A stretch of 64,000 bases of DNA from a virus. Numbering within the stretch: the stretch's first letter is position 1; each line of letters begins with the position of its first letter. A program made the translations under genes and the position numbers. Of the stretch, positions 1-13,700 are shown piece by piece. The notes under the pieces are model-generated. The model searched no databases, was not told the origin of the DNA, and saw only the letters and a list, made by a program, of their open reading frames with translations. The DNA lies in IMG/VR virus record IMGVR_UViG_3300030117_006323, positions 27,171 through 91,170 of that record, one strand, 5' to 3'.

Positions 1-38
1 TCAATCAGTAATCTTTTGGCTCGATTTACGATGGGCAT
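1..38 (-). CDS. 5' fragment of the next tail-module gene (MPIVNRAKRLLI...), runs off the window edge
   Basis: ATG at 38-36 overlaps the TAA of the upstream gene (TAATG coupling); frame is open to position 1. Confidence 0.5.
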   Translation of the reverse strand, partial: MPIVNRAKRLLI

Positions 39-1756
39 TACGCAATACCTCCTTGTTTGACATTTATTGATTTAGATGACCCAATCTCTTCTGCTATTGT
101 GTTGAGGCCATGTGGCTTAGTTGGGATGGAGCATTGGAATCCTGAACCTCCAGAAGGGGATACAGCATGTTGAGTTAGATTGGCACCTAAAGTGTAGAGC
201 GTACCAGCGACAGTAATTACTGCTTTCTCAACTGCACCGGAGCCATCCACATCTTTCACTTTGACTTGCATTTTAGTGGAACTAGAGGCGGCGTTTGTCA
301 ATGTGATAACATCATTTACAGAATAACCAGACCCACCTGCTGTGATTGTAATTAAACCACAACCGCCTTCGGGTGGTGTTGCTATGTAGATATTTTTCCT
401 CCCGATAACTGACCTTGTGCCACTTCCAATCAATTTCTTCCGATTAGATACTAATCTCCCTGAAGCGAGGATATATACACCAGTAAATATGTTACCGTCG
501 AAAGATAAAACTTCTTGAGAAGTACCTGAAGTCACATCTTCAATTAACTTTTCATCATTAAATACACCATCTTCTATGAATTGATTATACATTTCATGTG
601 TTGAAAAACCATCTGTAATAACAAGGTCTGTTGTCCGGTTTTTTAACTTATGTGTCACTTTAGAGACCATTTTTGTTTGGTTGTTTATTTTAATTAAATC
701 ACCTGCGTTTAGCGATTGGTTGTCTATTGAATTCGTGACTATGACTGATGATTCACTCTTATTATTTTGCGATAAAATTTCTCTACCAATTCGTCGTGCT
801 GATGACATATTTTTGATGGTCGGGTCCACAATAATACCTCCATCTTTTGTCGAAGTAGAGCCATCTCTATTGTATTGATTAACCGGATTGCTAACTGTTG
901 ATTGTACATTGAAATTTAAACCCCTCTGTTTACCTACAATGGTCACACGGTCCATAGAAGGGGTTTTGTGAACTTGCTGTATTCTTGCATCCAAAATGTT
1001 CAAAGTTTTAGGCTCTTCTCCAGATTGAATTTTAGTATATGACAGATTACCAAATTTATCGTGTTTGACCATTCTCTTGTCATGCTTTCCGATAAAACGT
1101 AAAGCCGATATGAGATTGGTTTTGTAAAAATCATGGGCCAAGAAAGTTTGACTGTGGCTAATTTTCTCTTGGATTACAGCGTAAGGTGTTGTTTTACGTG
1201 AGAGATTGATTGAAGTTAAAACGTCATCAATAGCGGTGACTGCTAATTTCATAGCAAGGTCAGTAGTTCTGAGACCTACATCTATCTCATGCCCTAAACG
1301 GACAGAGCCTTCTTCAAAACCAATTGTCTGCAATGTCTGCCCTTTCATATTGGGTAGAGTCAATCGGCTCCCGAGGTTGGTGGATTCGACAGAATCAGCG
1401 ACGATTCTTTCGCTGTAATCTTCAGAACCATACATCACAACAGGCAAAGTGGCACCAGTGCTCAATTTCTCCCCTGCGAAATATACATCGCCTTCATAGA
1501 AATGACCGGGTTTTTGTGTGTGTACTAAGCGGACAGCGCTTTCCTCTTCGACGACTTGATAAGTGCGCTCTGAGGCTACTTGGAATGAATTCTTCGCAGC
1601 AGGTGTAACAGCCATCTTTTGGCTAGAATTACCAGTCGCGTAGATGGCGTGATGTACACAGTTATCTACGAACACGGGAGTGCGGGCTACCTTCATGATA
1701 GTAGGTTGGTCGGCATCCGACCTCCCAGTTCTCCCGTTTGACACTACGTTGCCCAT
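38..1756 (-). CDS. Putative tail tip/baseplate hub-like protein, about 572 aa
   Basis: ORF track gives 38..1918, but the ATG at 1756 (MGNVVS) follows GGAGAGTGA and avoids overlap with the giant gene; end of tail module; C-terminal G/S/T-rich beta segment (ITITAGGSGYSVNDVITL). Confidence 0.5.
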   Translation of the reverse strand: MGNVVSNGRTGRSDADQPTIMKVARTPVFVDNCVHHAIYATGNSSQKMAVTPAAKNSFQVASERTYQVVEEESAVRLVHTQKPGHFYEGDVYFAGEKLSTGATLPVVMYGSEDYSERIVADSVESTNLGSRLTLPNMKGQTLQTIGFEEGSVRLGHEIDVGLRTTDLAMKLAVTAIDDVLTSINLSRKTTPYAVIQEKISHSQTFLAHDFYKTNLISALRFIGKHDKRMVKHDKFGNLSYTKIQSGEEPKTLNILDARIQQVHKTPSMDRVTIVGKQRGLNFNVQSTVSNPVNQYNRDGSTSTKDGGIIVDPTIKNMSSARRIGREILSQNNKSESSVIVTNSIDNQSLNAGDLIKINNQTKMVSKVTHKLKNRTTDLVITDGFSTHEMYNQFIEDGVFNDEKLIEDVTSGTSQEVLSFDGNIFTGVYILASGRLVSNRKKLIGSGTRSVIGRKNIYIATPPEGGCGLITITAGGSGYSVNDVITLTNAASSSTKMQVKVKDVDGSGAVEKAVITVAGTLYTLGANLTQHAVSPSGGSGFQCSIPTKPHGLNTIAEEIGSSKSINVKQGGIA

Positions 1757-1760
1757 TGTA

Positions 1761-4700
1761 TCACTCTCCGCTGTGGTCTCCTGTGTTATAAGATGCAGTC
1801 CCTTCTTCACCCTTAGCGTGTAGAGTTTGGCTGTGTCTAGGTTGAACACTGTAATCTCTACGTGTGATGCTAGAACCATCGGCATCTGTCGAGTAGAATC
1901 GTCGCCGTGGAGCGTCACTACGGAAATGCTCTAGTGTGTTTTCTGTGATAAGAATACGCGCTACTGTTTTGTCAAGAGCCACGCTGTAACCACTCACATC
2001 AGCACCGGGGATATTGGGGCCACTCGATAGACTGAGAGTTGGGGCAGCCGAATCAATTGTGTAAGATGGTGAATAGGGTGGGCTGACTGGTGTAACAGTA
2101 CCTGTGCGAGCATTCGGCATATCATAATTGAACAGACCGTATTTACCACCAGATGTTGAACGATAAGCATCATTCCCATCTTGGGGTGTGCTACTCTTTG
2201 TGACAGAATCAGCCCGGAATATTTCTACGTGTCTGTTGTCTAACACTCGGCTTGGCCTCAATAGGAATCTCACCGTCTTGTCAAAGTAATTCATCTGTGT
2301 CCCAGATACCGCATTGTGTGTACCTGCTGTGCTACTTACTACAGGTCCATCTTGATACGGGTTAGAAGGATTCCATGATTTGAATGTGGATGTGCTGCCA
2401 ATGCCGTATTTTGAAGCAAGATATGCTTCGACTTGTTCAATTTCAGTTGTGGATAGAGCGCGATTGTATTGAATGATTTCAGCCATATCGCCATTCAATT
2501 GATATGACGATGTAGCATTCGTTCCTAATTGCGATGCATCTGCTGTAGATTTGTAGAAGTTGGCGCTTTGTGTACCAACTTGTACGCCATCTACTCTGAA
2601 TAATTGTGTAGCAGATGCGCCAGCCCCATTTCCTCCACTCACTTGACCGACTAGTATGGAAGGTACTCCGCTAGTAGAAGCACTGTCACCACTTGCCGAC
2701 AATGCCTTCCAAGAAGAGTCAGCGCCCACCCAGAATTCCCAATTGTTATTGCCGCCAGTATTTCTCATATCAGCGTAGAAGTTGAAGCCAGAGCGAGTAA
2801 CTGGACTACTACTTCGGCTGTCAATAATTGCTTCAATGGCGTCAGTGTCGGAACTTACGGCTGTAACAATGAAAACAGTGAATTCGTTAGTATTCAAACC
2901 AGCGTCAAAGTTGAGTGCGAGTTTATCTGAACCGTCGAAATTGACTACAGGCTTGCTGTTGAAATCTGAATCAGATGCTACATACGAAGGTTGTAAACTG
3001 CTAGTTGATTGTGTGAAGTGTCTTGAATTGCCGGACAAATCGTCCCATTGTGTCACCGCTGCTCCGCCAGCCAAATCGAGAGAATCAGATTTTAGCCACA
3101 ATGCCAAGCCACTCAACGGCATTTGTTGCCCCCAACCTGAGTCATCGAATGGTTGAGCGTAGTTACGAACTTCCAACACATACGTTCCACCCAGTGGCCA
3201 CATAGCATGCGCGTTGGATAAACGGACAACCGCAGCATCTGGCTGTGTAGCCCATGTAGGAGTGGTGAGGTCGAAGTGAGTCAATGTTGTACTACCTGCA
3301 TTGAATGCTCCTCTTAGCGAGAGTCGTTGCCCGACCTCCTTGTCTGTGTGTAGGCTATGTGCTTGCGTGGACATGGCGATATGGTCAGTTTCTTGGCCAC
3401 CCGAAATCGCTTCAATAGTTTCAACATCCAAACCAATACGAGGGGCGCTTCTAGACATTGGGTCAGCCAATGTGACACCGCCAATAGTGAATGTACCTGA
3501 GACAGTTTCGACCTTTTCGCTAACGTTTGCTTCCGGCTTGAGTAAACCATCTTGGGCTACACCTAATCTAGCGCTGATACCTCTAGGTATTTCTGTTGAT
3601 GCAGGTGCCGAATTAGCAGGTCTGAGATAACCAGTAGTGAAGGGAGGTTCGGCTGTGCTATGTGATAGAACTAGACCTGCTGGTAGTAAATCTTCAGAGA
3701 TGTCATGCAACAAACTCTCATTGAATACAGTTGGCCAACGCATGCCCCGGCCATCACCACGGTCTCCAATACGTTGCGCTCTCTTTGGATTGAACCAATC
3801 AACCCGGGTCATATCTGAATTGTTAGTTGAATTGGTTGTTCCTTCTTGCTCTGTTTTGTAAGAAGCGCCGTCATCATGCCATAAGTCAGTTGCACTTGGT
3901 TTGAGATTAGCATAGGCGTCGTCGGTGTATGCTTCTTCTGGGTCCCAAGCCGGACGAATTCCGAACCCACGTGCAGGGAATCTACGGACATCTTCACCGC
4001 GAGTGTTACCCCACCAATCGACAAGATAGAATCTGTGGGCTTCTGCAATTTCATCAATGCCTAGTCCAGAATCATCGCCGGGATATTTTTTGCGGACAGT
4101 AGATGCATTTCTGACTGTTCTAGTAGGACAACCGAAAGGTCGTGTCATACGCCTACCGTGACTGTATCTCACTTGACGCATTGTCTGGTCATTACCAAGC
4201 ATAGCGGTGGCTTGTGTTTGCCTTTCTAAGATGCCAGCGTTAGTGGCATTCCAAACGATGTCCGCAGCCCCACTTAAGCCAGCGTCTGCGTTTTCTTTCC
4301 AACCACCCGAAGCCTGAGTCCGGCTGTCTTGAGCGACAAACGGGCCATGGGAGTATCCTGTCATATTGTACTCGGCTGAAGAACTGTGCCCGCCTGTGAA
4401 AGAGGTGTGTGTTGTGTTGTCCAATGTTGATACAATGACAGTATTACCCGCAGAACCAGCGACATTTTGAGTGAACGTCAGAGTGCCAGCCCCATCATCA
4501 GCGACTAAGATTTTGCCATTATGACCAGATGCATGTTCAACAGCGCCCTTCAGAGAAGTAGCATTTGCGGCAGCGCCTCCATTGGCGTCGAATTGATTTG
4601 AAGCAAACGCCGCTGTGTTTTTGGCTGTGTATGTTTTGGTCGTCCCGTCTGTTGAGATGAGGATGATTGTTCTGTCTGTAGTCGGGTCACCTGTGAATGT

Positions 4701-7700
4701 GATACTGGCTGTTGCCGCTGTCTCTTCTACTTCATCTATGCCACGAATACCGGGTGACCAACGAGGTCGATTAAAAGGCGGACGGACGGCGAATCTATAA
4801 CCAAAGCAATATTGACGGTCATGCTCTAAAGTGGATAGCAAAGTGTGTGTGCCTGAGAATTGTGTGACAGTAGTGTTGGCCAAGTTAGACACTATCAAAG
4901 ATTGATTCTTTACTTCTGAAGGAGTATCCGTCAAAGTCAATACACCCGAGGCTCTTGTTACATCAATCTCGCCGTTGTGCCCAGAAGCGTGCTTAATTGC
5001 CAATAACAATGATTCGGCGACATCAGCATTGGTGTTATCAACACTAAACTGATTCGATGTTATCGTGGCGCTACCTGATACCGCAGTGTATGTTTTGGTT
5101 GTTTTCGCTGCTGACGTAATTACAATTGTGTTACCAGCACTAGGTTTACTGGCTCCTATGTTAATCGAAGCGAGTAGCAACTGGTCAATACCTCCAGTCG
5201 ATGTATCATACGAATATGGAGTACATTCCATCCCGTAATCATTGTCACCCCAACCTGCCTTGATGTACCCATAGCCATCTAATCTGCTACCAGCAGGGCC
5301 ACCACGACTACCACCGGGCCAGAACCCAACGTATTGCCTTGAGCCATCTCCTTGGTGGTTAGTCAAATCACTAGCATTTTGTGCGGTACCATCGCTTGCA
5401 GGTGCTTGTCCTTTCATATCAAACGAGAATGGCCCCTTACTGATACTGTAAAGGAAATCGTGATAATGGATTGTCTCAAAATGTTCTGGGATGTGATTGA
5501 GCCCTTTCTTATCTTGCGGTGTATCAGCGGCCCCTGTGTTCGTGTAGAAGGTGCGTCCTGTGTCACTGTAGAAAGTGTAAGGACGGCCTAAATTTGGATG
5601 CCAGAGGCACAAGAAAGCATCTGCTTGATGCAAACTGTTAGTGTCTCTGCTACCGTGGTATGTTTGGGGTAGAACACGAGTAATAGCACTGGTTGTAGAT
5701 GCTTGGAAAATTGAACCTGCCGGAGTAGTATCGTAAGGCCGTGAAAGACGTAGGATTTCGGCTGCCGCCAATTTAGTCCAAAACGCAGGAGTCACAGCAA
5801 TGACATTCTCAAATTTAGTCGGACCTACTTCCAATGAATGGCTTTTCGTGCCAGTTCGATGTGTGTAAGTAGCCGTTTGTCGGGACCCTTCGTTGTCAAT
5901 GTATTCTAGAACTTCCCCATAGAAGGAATCTACTGGGAATAATTCGTTATTATCTACGGTGATAGTTCGGTTTGTCGAACTCAAAGACAGTACAACACAA
6001 TGTGGGTTTAGGCTACGGGCACGGAAATGGTTTTCGTAGATGTCAGGATAAATTGAGGGATAGCCCGCCAATGTAATTTGACATCCGACAGCCCCGTAAG
6101 TTGCTCTACAAAATTGATAATAGTCATCTGGCTTATGCCATTCATTGAACACATAACCAGACGCTATACTACTAGTCGGTTTGGAACGATGGAGAATAGC
6201 CCACCATGGCACAGTAAGAGTGTAACCGGGAGTTGCTCTTTCAAATGTTCCCGGTCGATAAGGCAAACTCCGCCTACTGAATGGTGGAGAAGTATTTTCG
6301 TTGACTCCAATTGGATTATACAGACCTAATGTAGGGATGTTTGTGAATTGACTGCCGGGGTCAGGGTCTAAATCTAGCATGACCTCATTGATGAAAATTT
6401 CACATCCTCGCGTATCTGCCATTGTTGCTTCTGCCAACAACAAACCAACAGCCCCTGTCGAACCCGCTGCATCATGCTCTAATCCGATGACCAAATTGAC
6501 TTGTTGCCCGGTCAACTCAACAGCCGAACCATCAGGTAAAGCAGTAGCCGCTCCATTTCGATGGAATCCGCTAAATTGTTGTTTGTGCAAATTAGGCTGT
6601 ATGATAATTTGGTAGGCTCCGACTTCAATGGGGTCAGGGAAATGTGGTTTGAGACTGTAAGTCCCAGCCGCTTCTAGATAGATAATGTGTTTACCAGCCG
6701 CATTGGCAGTACCTGCTGCTCCTTTAGAGGCAGCAATGCCGTATCCATCATAAGCAACTTTTGTCTCTGTGAGTAAGGTAAACGCACCACCGTGAATATC
6801 ACTTGGGCGCAAAGCACTGCTTGGAGTGGAGAACCAAACCAGTGGGTCTCTTACAGGTATGTTTGTAATGGCCAATGAAGTATCATCATCAATTGCTGTT
6901 TTGCTTGAAGAGCGGCAACCATAGTGGAGATTGAATGCTCTCTCATAAGCAGGGTGGGAGAAATGTCCGGGCATAACCATCATACTTGGAGTGACATAAT
7001 GATGGCCCATGCGGGGAATAGGCATTGGTGTAAGTTTTGGTTTAGTCAGAAGAGTCACTGGATTAGTCTCTGTCCAATCTAATCGTTTAGCGTCAGGGCT
7101 GTTTCCTGAAATTTCACTGTGGTCACGTAAACGTCGAGCAGCGAAAAACCGATTAGAGCCCGCTGGAATATACCACGAAGGTTTGATGACTAAGCCTGTT
7201 TTACCGCTGATGAAGGTACTGAAATCTGGGTCGAAAACTACACCTGTGAAATTAGCACTTGAAATATTGGTGTATGAAAATAAAGCACCTTGACCTGTAG
7301 CATCTTCTACTCTAGCGAACCATCTACCATCAGCCGTTTTCTCGCTGTCAATTTTCCAAACAGCCGCATTTGGAGATGAGCCCGCTGTAACCGTGTTAGT
7401 TCCACTGGAAGAGAAGGTTAGTGGGTCGGATACAATAGAGCCAGAAGAAATTGCAGTAGGATTTCTACTTGAGCCAGTATGCCCCATCTTGGTAACATGG
7501 AAGAACAAAGTGCGGTCATGTTGTTCATACGCAGTTTCTAATGGGTTACCATCAGTATGGTCATCCCAACCTTTGCTGTGTTGGTCAGGGAAAGCCAGTC
7601 TTGTTTCACCTGCTGTTAAAGAAGAGTCGTCAGCATCTTGGGAAATATGTTCCCAACCTTTGTTTTCCCAAGTAGGCCATCCTCTCGGTCCTTTAGCCGA

Positions 7701-10700
7701 ATCCGTGAAAGTATCTGTAATACCTTGGACGGGTTGAGCAGGATGCATCATGCCTCCACTGCCTAGAGTTTCATTTTGGTAAGACTGGATTCGGTCAAAC
7801 CCACTACGAACAATGATGTTACCCGGTATTGTATCGGGGTCAGGCAAACGAATTCGCATGTTGGGTGCTAAACCACTGTTAGCCAATGTCGGTGAAAGCC
7901 CTTCTGAAGAACGGTCGCTGACTAATTCAAAATCACGGATAATTGTACCAAACGGAGACCCTCCTTCAATCACATGAATTTGACCTGTGTCGTCCATTAC
8001 TTCTACACTTTCAAATTGAGTTTCTTCATTTGGAATAGTCAATACATTTTGCAACTCACTACCTACGGGTTGCTCTGCCAATTGAGGATGTGACAATTCT
8101 TGGGCTTGAATGATTGGGAACATGGCACTGTTAGTTGATTCAAAGGAGAAGCGGCAATTGCCGTAAATGGTTTCACCCATTGTGTAAGCATTGACACCCG
8201 ACACTCTCGTAGTGAAAGGTACTGCTCCAAGCCCACGAGCATTGCAAGCAGGCATAGTAAGATTTCCACCATCCATACGTTTCCATACAATGTGCTCAAT
8301 CGTGAAGTTACGGGCCGGAGAGCGAGCCGCCCAATAATTCCAAGGCTCCAAATCATCAGGCGGAGTGGCTGTTGTCCCTGATACATTACAATTTACAGAG
8401 AGGCTGTTTTTATCTGCATGTAAGCGATTACTGTAAACGCTGCTTTCATCCCAAAATAAATCGCCTGTCGGTACTGCACAAGATGTCAATAACGACATCT
8501 GGCTCGCTGCTGTGACACGACTGTGCCAATGTGATTCAGTACCTACGTTATTGTAACTAGCCGTGTTGGTGGGTTGTGTTTGCCCTGTGACAATTTGTGC
8601 CTCTACGTTAGGACCGGCGTTAGCAGGGGCCACATAACGGTCTAGGTTGAATACTTGGTCTGCCACTGCAATAGTACCACCAAACTCTTGAGTGTTCGAT
8701 ACACCACTCTTCACTTGTGCTGCATATAACCAATCGCCTACACCCTTGGTACCATCTCTATCTGCTTTAGCAATCAACGCCAACTCTGATTCATACGTGA
8801 CAGCCACTAAATGGCGAGGCGAAAGTCCTTGTGGGCAAACTGAATTGTATGTGTAATTCATAGTGCCTGATTCTCTGGATACAGGGATGACCGAACCTTG
8901 GCAAGTCGATGAAGCACCGTAAGGCGAGAAGCCCAAATATGGATGCCATGCACCCAAACCGGCTGCGTAAACCGCAGTAGATGCATCATCAGGATTTCTG
9001 AGGTCTAAACTGTTGAGGTAAGAATATCGTTCTCCGTGCCAACCGATTGCTCCGACCGCGCGAGTTCGGTCAATTGCATCCATCAATCCATTGAAATGAA
9101 CTTGGCACATGTGATTTTGACTATTTGCTCCACTATTGGTTCTACCATTGTTGAAAATATGGGCACCTGCTTTTGTCCAAATGTAAACAGTTGCCTCAGC
9201 CTTAACCGCATTTACAGTAGAAGCAGTTGCTGCTGTGGCAGTATCTACAACACTTTCCTCCAGTTGTTTTGTGCCACCACGATTAACATCCAATGTCACT
9301 TGGAGATGGCCGGGGTTAGGCACAGTCATAGTATGGTACGGGGCATAAACAGCAGTAGCGCCTACACTATACGAAGCGACTCTTGCGGCACCGGAGCCAT
9401 TGTCATTGCCACCTATTCCTACTCTCAACCAACCATAACGAGGTAATGGGGGTAAATCTGCTCCGTATGGATTCAGAAGGTTCAATCTGTAATTTGTCCC
9501 ACTACCTCCAATCTGTTCATAGAAATCTGGGTTCCCACCTTCGCCAGCCATTTCCATTGCTGTGAATGCCTGCCAACCATAACGGTCTTGTTTGTGCCCT
9601 GTTTGGAAAGATGGTAAAAACGTACCACCGATTGCTTTCAATGGGTCTCGGCCCGGCCATTCGTTGATTGAACAAGATAGAACAGCGGCCAACTCTTCTG
9701 CATTTTGTACTCTTGTGGCGTCTACAATGACGAACTCTTCGGTAGAGTATGCACTTGTTGCACCATAGGAAGCAGCCAACAAACCGCTTACACGGAATGC
9801 ACTAGGGTGTGATTTTGCAGTTCCATTGTGTGTCACTGTCCCGCTGTCTTTGTAATGAGGTGCATTGATGAGTACGTGTCTATCAAGGAAATGCCCACCG
9901 GGATGATACCCTCCATCCATGTGCCAGATAAAACCTGCATGCCGTAGTGAACTACCGATTAAAGAAGTGGGAGCGTAATCAAATGGGTGGGCGTATGGTG
10001 GCGGTGCATAACTGCCACTAGTGAAATGAGAACCGTAATACAATCCATCGTAAGGAGTTTGGTCGTATCCATGCACTGAAGCAGCAGACCGAACATTCGG
10101 TTTTCCTTGTGCAGGTTCCCAATTGTCAACATAATTCCAACCTTTTGCATTTCCAATTTGGAAATTAGCAGAAGGAGGTGTCAAAGTACCACCGCTGTGA
10201 CGCCCATTAACATCACCGCTGGTCAAAGTGTTTGGTGTGAATTCACCAGCAGCACCTGACAATGTCTTAACTGTGTCTTTGCCTAAATTTGGTTGAATTG
10301 CTGCATTGTTGTGAGGGAAGGCTTGACCGGGGCCGAACACAATGTAAGTTGTTTTTCCACTGCTAGATGCATCGTGGCTGTACCTAGAATGAGAATGTGC
10401 AAATCTTAGAATCACAGGGCTGGGTATTGTGACCTTTGTGATATTGGCTCCTGCCCCGTATCCGTAATCAGAGTCCGAAGCCATGCCTGTTGTACCTGTT
10501 CTTGAGTTGTTACCCGCATCTAAATCGGGAGACAGAATACCATCTTGATTGTAGAAAGGTGGATTGTTTTCACCCTTGTGGTTATCGAGATAAGGTGTCC
10601 CGGGGAACATAGCCAACATGGCCGCACAATCTACCAAACAATAGGAAGTAGATTTCTCCCCGATATTTTGTAGCCCCGCGCTACCTGTCGGCCCCTCTGA

Positions 10701-13700
10701 ATACGGATGAGTGTAGAAATCACTGTAATCATTCTGTGTGCCGTCATTGACATCCATAACTACACCACTGAATCCACCACCGAAATAGACAGGGACGCTG
10801 TGGTCAGGGCTATCTCGCCCGCCCCTGAAGTAAACTAGAGGTTCACCGTATGAATTACCGGACCTTCTTATCCCATCGAATGCAATTGTATCTGCAACAG
10901 AGCCGTAAGTCGAAATGACACAATCGTTGTTTGCGGTTTCAAAGGCTTCAATATTCGCCTCAAAGTTATCAGATACAGCACCACCTGTTGCGCGTGATTT
11001 CCACATTAGGAATAATTCCGGGTCTGTGGCATTTCGTGTACTTTCAGCAATAACCCAATCCTTATCGTTTAGCCAATATCTACGGCGCTCACCCCAAGAA
11101 TCAGCATTAGCGGAAGCAGGAATAGCCATGTGCCAAAGATAACCTGTGCCACTGGCTGCTCCAACTTTGATTGTCCGTGGATTAGAACTGGTATCAATTG
11201 TCGTAGAATCGCCGTCAATCAGTGCAGTTCGATTTTCAATCATAGGCAAGATGTAATCTCCGGGCTTGTCCACATAACGTGCTCCTCGTAGATTCTGCCT
11301 CCATGTGGTCACATCAACAGCATTGTTCATCGTATCGACTAAAATGGGTGTGGCTGTATTCGCGTTGGTTCCTCTCGATTTGGTACGGAGGTGTAATACT
11401 GTCTCAGGTAAATACCCACATGCAGTACGCTCACCGGCTGTCAATTGATTAACTGACATAATTGCAGCATTTGTGCTACCACTGATACCCCAGTCTTTGG
11501 ATAGTGAAGATTCAAACAAACAACGCAGTGGTGTAATATCGTGGTTTTGGCTATGTGCGCGCACACGGATGGCACCCGCATCCACGCCCCACTCACCGAG
11601 TGTGCGACCATCTGCTGCTCTCATATTGGTACAATCAAATGTTGTGGCACTATCAGAATTAGGGTCATCCATATTGATAGCGAAATTAACAGCCGCTGCT
11701 ATGACCTCATCTGTAAGTAATGTGGTCCACCCAATCCGAGGGCTGATAATCAAACCACTATCACCGTTCGGTAAAGCAGTATTCCCGGTTACACCGTAGA
11801 ACTTGTGTGTCCCACTTTTACTACTATGAGTACGACCTGTGTAAGAAAACGTCAATCCAGTTTCCGCTGCTGTTCCGGGTTTACTGGTTTGGAAAACACC
11901 GGCATCGGGGAATCCTAGATAGCCCAAAATATCATCGTGGCTGTGGGTGCCACCACTATGATATGGGTCTGGTAATTCGATTGTCACTGTTGTTCCGCTA
12001 ACACTGACGTTATCAATTTCAATTCCTACATTCGGGCAAGGGAATGGTTGCCATTTGTTCCCAACCCAAGTCGCAGTGCCTACCATAGACTCTGTTTCCA
12101 ACAATCGCCCTGTGGCTTCTCCAATGCCCCACATGTGTTTCCCGATTGTGAATCCACCTGACCCACAATCACGGTCATCGAACCAAATACACACTTCTTG
12201 GTCGATTGTAGGAGGTAGTGTACTGTTGTCGTAGGAGAAAGATTCGCCGAATTCAGAATAAATAAAGCGCAATGTGTGGGCTCGCCCAAGATGGTCAGTC
12301 AAACGAAGACCATACAATTGATTGCCAATAGCATCATCTTGTATTTCAGCAGAAGGAACATGTCCTTTCTCCACACCTGTATCATCAGGTGTAGTGTAAT
12401 CTACTTCTGTCAAAGTGCCATTTTTACCATAAGCATGTAAGTATCGAGTATTACCTTCTTTGCCCATGCCCCAAGGTCCTGCTCTAGGGCTAAACCCGGG
12501 CACACCAGAAGCAACTAAACCACCAAAATTGATGCGTGCTTGGGCTCTAGTTCCTAGCCGTAACCCTTGTGTCAACACAGAATCCGGGCTTTGGCTTTCA
12601 TAGGAATCTTGGTAAACAGTGTTCTTGGAATAACCACTAACACCCATGTTGTTCGCATTGGTGATAGCCGCATCTGTTTTTGAGCCATAATTCAGATTGT
12701 TCATGAATACATCTTCTGGCTCTTCTGGAGGTAGATATTCATTGAGAGTTGTAATCGGAGCAAAGGGCCTGCCATCTTTGTTGATAGGCATAGGTGCTGG
12801 ATGCATATTTTCCATTAACACTTCATCCGGTCGGCACCAGAAATTACGGAATCGGCCACCATGTCCAATCAAGAATTTCGGTCGATAGGTACTCTGACCT
12901 TTGGAATTGTCTAACCATAGGCAGAAATTGCGCCCACTAGCACCGGGGACTGTACTATGGATGACAATGCTGAACCCTTCGTTTCCGTTTCCTTCAGCAT
13001 CTTCTACTACACGGCCTAAGTGAGCACGCACATAACCCATGTGTGACCCTCTATCGTGACTAGCAAATGCTTTGTCGATGTCCCAAAATGGAGCAGGGTC
13101 GTGTGTGCTACCCGTAGGAGAGAAATCGGCAGACAAGTGGGGTGCACTTGCATCAATCAAAGAGGGCTTGATGTTATCTCTCGGACCTTGAAGCACTTTG
13201 GAATGGCCGCCATCTTGGAAGATGCCGACTTTTTCTAAGCCCAATCGAGCGCTTTCACTTGGGTATTGGTTGGCAGGTCGGCGTGCATGAGTCCTCCCTT
13301 TAGGTGCTCCCGCTTGATTGATTAGACGGACGACTTCTTGAGCCGCCGCTTGGATGTCCGTCACACCTTCCTTCACGCCAACTTCACCGAGGTCGATGGT
13401 CAGTCTTCGGACAAAATCCATTTGTGTCCAGTGGGATAGATGTTGCAAACGTGCCTCTTTGTGTGAGGTCAAATCTAGTGTTTCAGTTCTCTTGCCTTTG
13501 AGGCACAAGAATGCAGGTATAGCACGAGTCCCCTCCGGTGTATCAAAGAATGTGGCGTATTCTGCTTCGACTGCTTCACCAAGTGCTTGGAAGTGCCGAT
13601 GTTTGAGAACAGCACTAGATGGACAACATGTCTCTTCATGTGTCCTAGGGGGTGAGCCGTCACCTACACAACCCCCTGCTTGAGGATGGTGGCCGTGGTC

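Noticed and set aside
1757-1918. N-terminal 54 codons of ORF 38..1918
   Set aside because: Overlaps the giant gene; the downstream ATG at 1756 has a strong SD
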